DNA from: Vicinamibacterales bacterium
Lineage (GTDB): Bacteria > Acidobacteriota > Vicinamibacteria > Vicinamibacterales > UBA2999
Direction: 5' to 3'
Assembly: GCA_044347565.1 (NCBI GenBank)
Contig: JBIKUN010000003.1
Coordinates: forward strand, 13,332 to 77,331
DNA: 64,000 nt
Shown piece by piece: positions 54,919-62,872 of the stretch (position 1 is its first letter; each line of letters begins with the position of its first letter). The notes beneath the pieces are model-generated. The model ran no database searches, had not been told where the DNA came from, and worked only from the letters and a program-made list of their open reading frames with translations. The position numbers and the translations under genes were made by a program.

Positions 54919-56969
54919 TGACGGGGTGCGGGCGGCTTCGCACCGTCGCCGGTCACGTGGCTCGTGACCCAGGCGTGGATGCGGGCGAGGCGGTCCTGCT
55001 GGTGATAGTACTCGCTAATCCCGTGGCCTTCACGGGGATAGAACACGAGATCGGTGGCCTTGCCGCGATCCTTCAGCCCGCGGAAGAGTTCCTGGGCCTG
55101 CCCCACCGGCACGCGCTCGTCGTTCGCCCCGTGCAGGATGAGCGTGGGGGTGGTGACGTTGTCGATGTGCGTCATCGCCGAGCGGTTCATGTAGAGCGGC
55201 AGCGTCTCCTTGTTGACGATGCCGCCGAAGTAGCCGATGAGCACGTTCGGGATGTCGTTCGTGCCGTACATGCTCCACATGTTGGTGAGCCCGGCGCCCA
55301 CCATCGCCGCCTTGTAGCGCTGGGTCTGCGTGATGGTCCACGCCGTCATGTAGCCGCCGTAGCTCCAGCCGATGTGCGCGAGCTTGTCCTTGTCGGCAAT
55401 GCCGCGGGTGATGAGTGCATCGACACCGGTGTCGATATCCGCGAAGTCGGCACCGCCCCAGTCGGCCACGTTGGCCTTCAGGAACTTCTCGCCGTAGTTC
55501 GTGCTGCCGCGTGGATTCGGATAGAACACGGCCCAGCCCTGGTTCGCCCACACCTGACCGCCTTCGAGGCCGCCCACGCGGTAGTTGTTCACGTAGGCGC
55601 CGGCCGGCCCGCCATGCGCCACGACCAGCAGCGGGTAGCGCTTCGCCGGGTCGTAACCCACCGGCTTCAGCAGCACCCCTTCCACCTCCAGACCGTCCTT
55701 GCTCTTCCAGGTGATGACCTCGGTCTGGCCGAGCGCGAACTCGCGCGCCTGCGGATTGGCATCTGACACCTTGCGGAGCGAGGTGAAGGCCGCATCGGCC
55801 ACGTGCACGTCCGCGGGCGCCGTGGGCGTATCCATTGTGACCGCCACCTTCGCACCGTCGCGGCTGAAGCCGCCGATCTGCAGCGTGCGGCCCTTCGTGA
55901 GCTGCGTCGCTTTGCCGGTGGCCACCTCGAGCGACCACGCCTCGGTGTAGGCCCGCGTGCCGGCACTGAAGATGAGCCGCGCGCTGTCGGGCGACCAGTG
56001 CGGCGTGCCCGGATCCACCGGCAGGCTCCCGGTGATGTCGCGCGTGGCCTTCGTGGTGAGGTCGTAGAGCATCACGCGCGACTGCGCCACAGTGCCGCGC
56101 GGCGTGCCATCGCCGATGGGCGGCGCGGTGACGAGCTCCGCGAGATAGGCGACGGAGCGGCCGTCGGGCGAGAAACGCGGCGTCGTATCCGGACCGAAGT
56201 TCGGGCTGATCTTCGTGGCCGTCTTCGCGGCCACATCCGCAAGATAGATGTCGCGACGCCCATCACGCAGCAGCGCCGAGGCGCCGGCGGCAAACGCCAC
56301 TTGCGTGCCCGACGGCGCCCACGACAGCGCACCCTGGATAGTGAAGTCCGTGCCGCTCGTGATGCGCGTCGCCGTCTTCGTGGCGACATCCACCACCCAC
56401 AGGTGCACCGGCCGCGCGGGACGTTCGTACTGCCGCTCGTCGTCGCGGCGCTCCACCGCGGCCTTTTCGTCGGCCGGCACCGCGTCCATGGCGGTGAACG
56501 CCACGCGCGTGCTGTCGGGCGACCAGGCATACTGATCCACCGACTCGCCGGCGTCGGTCAGCGGCCACGACTCGCCGCCATCCGCCCGCATCACCCACAC
56601 CTGGGCCTTCGCGTCCTGCCCGTTCCCGTTCCCGTTCTGCTTGCCGCGCGACGACACGAAGCTCATGTAGCGGCCATCCGGCGACCAGCCGGGTTGGGCA
56701 TCCCCCCGCTCGCCGAAGGTCACCTGGCGGGCCGGGGCGCTGCCGTCGGCCGGCACGCGCCAGAGGTGCGTGCGCGCGTCCTTCTTCCCGCCCTCGGCTT
56801 CTTTCCATTGCCGAACCGTGAAGAGCACGGCCGTGCCGTCGGGCGAGATGGCGGGCGCGGCCACGGTTCGCAGGACGAGCACGTCGTCGATGGTGACGGG
56901 GCGAGTCTGCGCCGGGGCGGGACGGGCCAGCGACAATGCGGCGAGCAGACACAGGGCGACGGGGCGCAT
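54915..56969 (-). CDS. Secreted S9-family serine peptidase (prolyl oligopeptidase / acylaminoacyl-peptidase type) with an N-terminal beta-propeller
   Basis: SD GGAGG precedes the ATG, and there is a signal peptide. Propeller repeats contain SPDG. The catalytic domain has GWSYGGYM, LHGANDERVP and EGHG. The stop overlaps the downstream ATG (ATGA on the - strand at 54915-54918). Confidence 0.85.
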   Translation of the reverse strand: MRPVALCLLAALSLARPAPAQTRPVTIDDVLVLRTVAAPAISPDGTAVLFTVRQWKEAEGGKKDARTHLWRVPADGSAPARQVTFGERGDAQPGWSPDGRYMSFVSSRGKQNGNGNGQDAKAQVWVMRADGGESWPLTDAGESVDQYAWSPDSTRVAFTAMDAVPADEKAAVERRDDERQYERPARPVHLWVVDVATKTATRITSGTDFTIQGALSWAPSGTQVAFAAGASALLRDGRRDIYLADVAAKTATKISPNFGPDTTPRFSPDGRSVAYLAELVTAPPIGDGTPRGTVAQSRVMLYDLTTKATRDITGSLPVDPGTPHWSPDSARLIFSAGTRAYTEAWSLEVATGKATQLTKGRTLQIGGFSRDGAKVAVTMDTPTAPADVHVADAAFTSLRKVSDANPQAREFALGQTEVITWKSKDGLEVEGVLLKPVGYDPAKRYPLLVVAHGGPAGAYVNNYRVGGLEGGQVWANQGWAVFYPNPRGSTNYGEKFLKANVADWGGADFADIDTGVDALITRGIADKDKLAHIGWSYGGYMTAWTITQTQRYKAAMVGAGLTNMWSMYGTNDIPNVLIGYFGGIVNKETLPLYMNRSAMTHIDNVTTPTLILHGANDERVPVGQAQELFRGLKDRGKATDLVFYPREGHGISEYYHQQDRLARIHAWVTSHVTGDGAKPPAPRQ

Positions 56970-57050
56970 GGCAACCTCCGGAAGGCGCGGGCGCGCGCCA
57001 GGCGCGCAGTATAGCCCCGGCCCCGACGGGCATGGGATACTACGGATTCC

Positions 57051-57527
57051 GTGGACACGCCGGCCCTGCCCCTCGACTACGCGACGATCGCGCGCATCCT
57101 GCCCCACCGCTATCCCTTCCTGCTGGTGGACCGGGTGACGGAGTTCGAGCCCGACACGCGCGTCGTGGGCATCAAGAACGTGGCGGCGTCGGAAACCTAC
57201 CTCTCGCCGCCAGACTCACGCGGCCACCAGGTGCTGCCGCCGACGATCCTCACGGAAGCCATTGCCCAGGTGGGCGGCATCCTGATTCTGGCCAAGCCCG
57301 AGAACACCGGCAGGCTCGTCTATTTCCGCGGCATCGAGCGCGTGCGCTTCTACGACGCCGCGGCACCCGGCGACACCATCACCATCGAGGTGAAGGTCGT
57401 GCGCCTGCGCAGCCGCATGGGTGTGCTGACGGGCACTGCCCGCGTGGGCGACCGCCTGCTCGTGCGCGGCACGATGACCTTCGCCCTGGGCCCGAAAGCC
57501 GACGGCTCGGAAGGCGCGCCCGAGTAA
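57051..57527 (+). CDS. fabZ: 3-hydroxyacyl-ACP dehydratase FabZ-like hotdog protein
   Basis: Matching segments are ILPHRYPFLLVDRV, a GH-containing active-site segment, and LTEAIAQVGG. The GTG start lies 9 nt after GATACT (57036-57041). Confidence 0.7.
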   Translation: MDTPALPLDYATIARILPHRYPFLLVDRVTEFEPDTRVVGIKNVAASETYLSPPDSRGHQVLPPTILTEAIAQVGGILILAKPENTGRLVYFRGIERVRFYDAAAPGDTITIEVKVVRLRSRMGVLTGTARVGDRLLVRGTMTFALGPKADGSEGAPE

Positions 57528-57726
57528 CCGAGGCGACGGCACCGTCGTCGTGCGTCTGTCGCCGCGGAACGAACTGTAATCCTGACGAACTTCGCAGGGT
57601 TTTGCCGGGCGTCTGATGGAGGCATGGCCGGTGCTGAGATGGCCACCCTAGAGGACTTACGAGCCGCTCAGAACATCTTCGGCTGCCTTGTTCAGGTAGC
57701 CTGCCCGTAATCACAGGAGATGCCTG

Positions 57727-58119
57727 ATGAAGAATATTGTACGCCTTGCCGCACTATTGGCCGCTTTCGTCGGAGGAGCGTTCGTTAACCGGACGCTCGC
57801 GCAAGTGCCCGCCGCTGAAGACCCGCTCACGGTTGCCCCGGCGCACGACACGGTTCGCTTCGAGAACGATCGCGTTCGAGTGCTAGAAGGCGTCGACGCG
57901 CCGGGCGAGAAGACTGCCATGCACGGCCATCCCGACACGCTGATGGTCGTACTATCGTCCTTCAAGCGCAAACTCACCCTGGGTAACGGGCGCGTCATTT
58001 AGACTGAGTCCAAGCCGGGTGACGTGAGATGGATGCCCGCGCAATCCCATGCGGGCGAGAACACAGGTAGCACGGAGACTCGCGCCCTATTCATCGAGTT
58101 CAAACCGCAAGCGCGCTGA
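57727..58119 (+). pseudogene. Secreted cupin-domain protein interrupted by one in-frame TAG (58000-58002)
   Basis: SD AGGAGA precedes the ATG, and there is a signal peptide. Cupin motif 1 (MHGHPD) lies before the stop. The same frame continues after TAG as TESKPGDVRWMPAQSHAGEN...FIEFK (cupin motif 2, G-X5-P...H-X3-N) to TGA 58117-58119. Confidence 0.6.
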
Positions 58120-58133
58120 CAAGTGCAATGTGA

Positions 58134-58390
58134 TGTGATTGGCAGCCGCTGGCGCGCGCGGGCTGTGTGGTGTGGGGCATCGACGCCTCGCCTACGCTAA
58201 CCGGCCCGCTTCGCCGACAGGTTCCCGCAGTTCCAGTGCGCGTGCCACGACCTGGCCGCGTCGCCCTTCTTCGGGGGCACGGTGGTTCACGCGCGAGCGG
58301 CTGTTGGTGTTGTATCTGGGCACGAGTTCGGCGCTGCGCGCCCTGCTGCGCGAGCGCCTCGGGCAGACGTTCCTGGGGCCACGGGCATAG
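58134..58390 (+). pseudogene. Remnant of a class I SAM-methyltransferase (N-terminally truncated, frameshifted)
   Basis: One frame reads ...LARAGCVVWGIDASPTLT. The shifted frame reads ARFADRFPQFQCACHDLAASPFFGG. No intact ORF and no SAM motif I are present. Confidence 0.35.
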
Positions 58391-58429
58391 CGTGCTCGCC
58401 GGGTATGGCATCATGCGGACACCGCACAG

Positions 58430-58791
58430 GTGACGAATTCGGTTCCTGCCAGGTTGTATTCCATCGAAACGAAGCGGATTCTCCTTCAGCAGCGTGTCTC
58501 CGAGCTCGAGCCGCACGTCGTGTCTGCCCGCCCTCGTCCCGACAAGTGGTCGATCCTGGAGATCGTGGAACATCTGGTGTTGTCGGAGCGCGTGGTGTTC
58601 AGGCCCCTCGATTCCCGTGAATGTGCCGTTCGCGGCACTGCTCCCGGAGGGCACGAGATCCTTGGGATCCTTGTGGGTGCAGTGGGAGGCCAGCCACGCG
58701 TGGCGGGGCGATGACCATGGCTGACACGCTGCGGATGCTCGACGTGCATTTCGACCGGCACATCCGGCAGATCGATGGGCTGATGCCATGA
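58430..58791 (+). pseudogene. DinB_2-like gene broken by at least two frameshifts/deletions
   Basis: Frame A reads RPRPDKWSILEIVEHLVLSE. Frame B reads IPVNVPFAALLPEGTRSLGSLWVQWEASHAW. Frame C reads MTMADTLRMLDVHFDRHIRQI, ending at TGA 58789-58791, which overlaps the next ATG. Confidence 0.5.
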
Positions 58792-59222
58792 GCAAGGGGT
58801 TTCAGGCGGGCCTGACGTTCGGCGGCCTGCTCATGGTGGGGTCGTTCGTGGTGGCGGCGGGCGGGCATGGAAGCTATCTGCCGCTGGCCCTGGCGGGCGC
58901 ACCGCTGTCGTGGGTGCCGGGTGCCGGGTACATGGCCCCGGTGCTGCTGTGGGGCGCCCTGGGGCATCTACTGGCACGCGGCAAGCGCGCGTTCACCATC
59001 CTCGTGCTGGGCGGCCATACGCTGGCGGTCCTCGCCTGTCTGCAGCTCGGCAGCCCGTACGAGCCTGGCACCCAACAGTGGGAGTATTTCTCGCGCGCCC
59101 AGCGCCTGGGGCCCGTGGCGCTCTGGGCCACGCTGGGTCTCTACATCGTGGGGCTCGCCGCCGCGTGGCGACTCGTCAGCAGCCGCTATGTCTGGGAGCT
59201 GATGGAGGACTTGCCGGAATGA
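58788..59222 (+). CDS. Hypothetical small membrane protein (about 4 helices)
   Basis: This is an intact 144-aa ORF with hydrophobic segments (LLMVGSFVVAAGG, MAPVLLWGALGHLL, ILVLGGHTLAVLACL, ALWATLGLYIVGLAAAW). I recognise no family. Confidence 0.5.
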   Translation: MSKGFQAGLTFGGLLMVGSFVVAAGGHGSYLPLALAGAPLSWVPGAGYMAPVLLWGALGHLLARGKRAFTILVLGGHTLAVLACLQLGSPYEPGTQQWEYFSRAQRLGPVALWATLGLYIVGLAAAWRLVSSRYVWELMEDLPE

Positions 59223-59797
59223 GCCGTTCCGCCTCACGCGTCACCATCCACATGGTGGCCAGCCTCGACGGCTTCATCGCCCGCAAGGACGGGCGGGTCG
59301 ACTGGCTCGACACCAAAGACGAATTCGAGGGCGGCGCTACGCTCACGGCCGAGTACATCGCCGAGTTCCTGTAGTCCATCGACTGCTACGTGATGGGCGC
59401 GCGCACTTACGAAACGGCGCTGGCGTTCGAAGCGCAGGGCTACGGCTGGGCCTACGGCGACACGCCCACCTTCGTGCTCACCCACCGCGACCTGCCGCGC
59501 ACGCGGGAGACCGTGCAGTTCCACGCCGGCGACCTCGCAGCCTTCGTGAACGAGCAGCTGCGCCCGCACTTCCGCACCATCTGGGTGGGCGGCGGCGGCG
59601 CGCTCGCCACCGAATGCCTGCGCCTCGGCCTCGCGGATGAACTGCGCTACTCGGTGGTGCCGGTGCTGATTGGCGACGGCATCCCGTTCTTCGGCCCGCT
59701 CACGGCCGACATCTCGCTGCACCTGGCGGGGGTGCGTCCCTACAAGAGCGGCATGGTGGAGCTGCGCTACGAGGTGCGCCGGACTGGCGTCCGCTAA
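59219..59797 (+). pseudogene. Dihydrofolate reductase-like / RibD C-terminal domain family protein interrupted by one in-frame TAG (59372-59374)
   Basis: The ATG overlaps the upstream stop (ATGA). The reading is VTIHMVASLDGFIARKDG...YIAEFL-TAG-SIDCYVMGARTYE...IWVGGGGALATECLRLGLADELRYSVVPVLIGDGIPFF. Both halves are in the same frame and the total length of ~192 codons is family-typical. Confidence 0.65.
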
Positions 59798-60795
59798 CTC
59801 TCGCGCACGCCTCGATAGAGCACGCGGCCGAAGCGGCGGTGCCAGCCGGTGAACTCGGCCTCGGCGCTGCCTTCCCCCAGCGCGGACCGCACCTGGTGGA
59901 GCTTTGCGTCCAGATCGTCCACCGCCGAGAGGATGAACGCCTCGACGCTCTTCGGCTCGACCGGCGACCCCTTGTCGCGGGCGCCGTGGTGCGACACCAC
60001 CAGATGTTCAAGCTCGGCCCTGAGATCGTCGGGGAAGCCGCTCACGCCTTTGGCCGCCTCGCGCACCATCACGAGCCCGAGCGCGATGTGCCCGATGAGG
60101 TTGCCGTCGCGCGTGTAGCTGATGGCGCCGTTGTCGTAGGCGAGCTCCTGCAGCTTGCCGATGTCGTGGATAATCGCGCCGCCCACGAGCAGATCCTCGC
60201 GGGCGCCGTAGTGTGCCGCCAGGGCCTTCCCGGCCGTGGCCATCGAAAGCACGTGCTCGAGCAGCCCGCCCCGGTAGGCGTGGTGTACCGTCTGGGCGGC
60301 CGGCCAGTCGCGCAGCGCCGCCTCGTGGTCTGTCAGCAGGCGCAGCAGGAAGACGCGCAGATGCCGGTCGGTTACCGCCTCCACGAGCGCCAGGAGCTCC
60401 GCCCACATGTCGCCGATCGGGCGGGGCGCACTGGGAATGCAGTCTTCCTCGCGGAACCCCTGCGCGGCGTCCTGCTCGGGATTCACCCGGCGGATGTTGC
60501 CGGCCACGAGCTGCAGCTCGCCGTTGTGGACACTCGTGCGCCCTTCGGCCCGCACGAACTCGCCGATTTCAAATTCGTGTTTGAAGCGGTCCACGCCGTC
60601 GAACACGCGCCCGGCCACGTGGCCGGAGGCATCCTGCAGGACGAGCGCGAGGTACTCGCCGCTCTTCCCCACGCGGACGTCCTTGCGGGTGCACAGGAAG
60701 AAGCTCCAGCCCGTCTTGTCGGGCTCGAGCTGCGAGACGCGCGGCAGCCGGCTGCTCATGACGGATCGAGCGTACATCACGTGCGAATCGTCCAC
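59794..60795 (-). CDS. OB-fold + HD-domain phosphohydrolase (YhaM-like 3'-5' exoribonuclease family)
   Basis: The OB part is GEYLALVLQDASGHVAGRVFD. The HD part is HHAYRGGLLEHVLSM...GAIIHDIGK...VSHHG. A more likely start may be ATG 60759 (MSSRLPRV). Confidence 0.65.
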   Translation of the reverse strand: MDDSHVMYARSVMSSRLPRVSQLEPDKTGWSFFLCTRKDVRVGKSGEYLALVLQDASGHVAGRVFDGVDRFKHEFEIGEFVRAEGRTSVHNGELQLVAGNIRRVNPEQDAAQGFREEDCIPSAPRPIGDMWAELLALVEAVTDRHLRVFLLRLLTDHEAALRDWPAAQTVHHAYRGGLLEHVLSMATAGKALAAHYGAREDLLVGGAIIHDIGKLQELAYDNGAISYTRDGNLIGHIALGLVMVREAAKGVSGFPDDLRAELEHLVVSHHGARDKGSPVEPKSVEAFILSAVDDLDAKLHQVRSALGEGSAEAEFTGWHRRFGRVLYRGVRES

Positions 60796-60805
60796 GCGCC
60801 TGAGA

Positions 60806-60811
60806 TAAAGT
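60806..60811 (+). promoter_or_regulatory. Candidate -10 box TAAAGT, 7 nt upstream of ATG 60819 (leaderless configuration)
   Basis: The sequence is GAGATAAAGTaccggccATG. It is the only AT-rich island in the 23-nt gap to the divergent gene. Confidence 0.45.
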
Positions 60812-60818
60812 ACCGGCC

Positions 60819-61304
60819 ATGCGTACGCTTCCCCGAGTTGGCGCGCTGGCCCTGGTACTCACGGTAACGTTCGCGGCAGCGCTCGTCGCGCGGCAGGGTG
60901 GTCCGGCGAAACCGGCCACGGCCGCTCAGACGCCGCTGCCCCCGCTGAACACCGCCGGTTACGCGCTCGCGCGTCCCCTGGCGATCACCCGCGCCGTCTA
61001 CGAATTCGCGGCACGGCACCCCGAGGTCTCGCGTTACGTGCCGTGTTACTGCGGCTGCGAGGCCGACGGCCATCGCAACAACGAGAACTGCTTCATCGGC
61101 GCCCGCGATGCCAACGGCAACGTGACCCGGTGGGACACGCACGGCTTTGGCTGCGCGATCTGCGTGGACGTGGCGCGCGAGTCGATGCAGCTCTACAACT
61201 CCGGCGCCGACGTGGCGAGCATCCGGGCTGCGATCGAACGAAAATGGACACCGCAGCACCACACCAAGACACCGACGCCGGCGGTGCCGCCGAAGAAGCG
61301 CTGA
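60819..61304 (+). CDS. PCYCGC-motif (lipo)protein family member
   Basis: A signal/anchor segment is followed by the literal motif VPCYCGCEADGH and a second Cys pair, GFGCAIC. Confidence 0.7.
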   Translation: MRTLPRVGALALVLTVTFAAALVARQGGPAKPATAAQTPLPPLNTAGYALARPLAITRAVYEFAARHPEVSRYVPCYCGCEADGHRNNENCFIGARDANGNVTRWDTHGFGCAICVDVARESMQLYNSGADVASIRAAIERKWTPQHHTKTPTPAVPPKKR

Positions 61305-61309
61305 GCCCG

Positions 61310-62872
61310 GTGGTGGACGACCGCGCGGCGGCCTTCGCGCGCCTCTTCGAGGCGGTGCATGAAGGCGTGTACATCGGCCTGGTACACGCGGCCACCACGA
61401 CCACGCTCGCCGCGAACCCGCATCTGAAGCTCGTGCTCGGCTATCCGCCAGAGACGTTCGAGCGCGAGGTGCGGCCGTTCGACGTGGGCCGCTTCGTCGA
61501 TCCACAGGCCCGCGTCGCCTTCCTCGAGCGCCTCGCGAACGCCGGCTCGGTGGCGGATTACCTCGTGCGCCTGCGCCGCGCCGACAACACGCTCGCCTGG
61601 ATCGAAGTGACGGCCACGGCCGATCCGCCGGATTCCACCGGTGCGATGCGCATCGAAGCGCTCGTGCGCGACGTCAGCGAACGCAAGCATCTCGAGGTGC
61701 AGTCGCGCGACCTCTACTACCAGCTGCTGCAGACCGAGAAGATGGCGGCCCTGGGCCAGACCATCTCGGGCGTGGCGCACGAGCTCAACAATCCGCTGGC
61801 GACGATCCTGTCGTGGGCGGAGCGCCTGTCGGAGCACGCCGACGGCAACGCCCCGCTCAAGCGCGGGCTTGACGTGATCCTGAGCGAGTCGGAACGCGCC
61901 GCCCGCATCGTGCGCAACCTGCTCACCTTCGCCAGGAAACGGCAGAGCACGCGCGCGCTCGTCGATCTGAACGAGATCATCCGCGACACGCTGAACCTGC
62001 GCGCCTACGAGCAGCGCATCACGAACATCACCGTCATCCCCGCGCTCGCCGCCGGGCTGCCGGCCGTGTTCGCCGACGGCCACCAGGTGAAGCAGGTACT
62101 GCTCAACCTGCTGATGAACGCCGAGCAGGCGATGCTCGGCGCCAACGGCCGCGGCACCATCGTCATCCGCACGTGGCACGACAGCGCCAAGCAGATGGTG
62201 GTGATGGAAGTGAACGACGACGGGCCGGGCGTGGCCGAAGACGTGAAGGGGAAGATCTTCGATCCCTTCTTCACCACGAAGGAAGTGGGCAAGGGCACCG
62301 GGCTCGGGCTGACGGTGGCGTACGCGATCGTGCAGGAACACGGCGGACGCATCCGCCTCGAATCACGCCCCGGCGCCGGCGCCTCGTTCTTCGTGGAGTT
62401 TCCGATGTCGCCGGTGGGCACGGCCGCCCCGGCCAGACGCCTGCACCATGCGCCACCGCCACCGCCGCCGCCAGCCGCCACCGCCGCGCCGAAGCGTGAC
62501 GTGCTCAAGGGCGCGCGCGTGCTCATCGTGGAAGACGAGCCGGCGCTGGCGAGCGCGGTGAAGGAATCGTTTGTGGACGCCGGGTTCGTGGTGGATCGGG
62601 CAGGCGACGGCGAGGAAGGCCTCGCGCTCGTCGCCGACAACCACTACGACCTGATCGTGTGCGATCTGAAGATGCCGCGCGTGGACGGCATCCGGTTCTA
62701 CAGGGCCATGACCGCAGCCACACCGGCGCTGGCGCGACGCGTGATCTTCGTCACGGGCGACGTGGCCGGCACCGACGCCGAACGCTTCCTCGAGGACAGC
62801 GGCTGCCGGTGGCTCTCCAAGCCCTTCCGGCTCGGCGACTTGCTGCGCGCGGCGCGCGAAGCGCTGGCGTAG
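61310..62872 (+). CDS. Hybrid sensor histidine kinase (PAS - HisKA - HATPase_c - receiver)
   Basis: GTG 61310 lies 6 nt after the upstream stop. The H-box is GVAHELNNPLATI. Also present are LLMNAEQAM, DDGPGV and GTGLGL. The receiver is VLIVEDE...LIVCDLKMPRVDG...VTGD, preceded by a poly-Pro linker. Confidence 0.85.
   Translation: MVDDRAAAFARLFEAVHEGVYIGLVHAATTTTLAANPHLKLVLGYPPETFEREVRPFDVGRFVDPQARVAFLERLANAGSVADYLVRLRRADNTLAWIEVTATADPPDSTGAMRIEALVRDVSERKHLEVQSRDLYYQLLQTEKMAALGQTISGVAHELNNPLATILSWAERLSEHADGNAPLKRGLDVILSESERAARIVRNLLTFARKRQSTRALVDLNEIIRDTLNLRAYEQRITNITVIPALAAGLPAVFADGHQVKQVLLNLLMNAEQAMLGANGRGTIVIRTWHDSAKQMVVMEVNDDGPGVAEDVKGKIFDPFFTTKEVGKGTGLGLTVAYAIVQEHGGRIRLESRPGAGASFFVEFPMSPVGTAAPARRLHHAPPPPPPPAATAAPKRDVLKGARVLIVEDEPALASAVKESFVDAGFVVDRAGDGEEGLALVADNHYDLIVCDLKMPRVDGIRFYRAMTAATPALARRVIFVTGDVAGTDAERFLEDSGCRWLSKPFRLGDLLRAAREALA

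Noticed and set aside
58100-58795. 231-aa minus-strand ORF spanning the pseudogene patch.
   Set aside because: It has no recognisable motifs. It is antisense to fragments that show family-specific similarity on the plus strand, so it is likely another shadow ORF.
57540-59800. Mobile genetic element (integrase, transposase, tRNA attachment site, terminal repeats) delimiting the lower-GC pseudogene patch.
   Set aside because: I could not find an integrase, transposase, tRNA or flanking direct or inverted repeats by eye, so no mobile_element feature is called.
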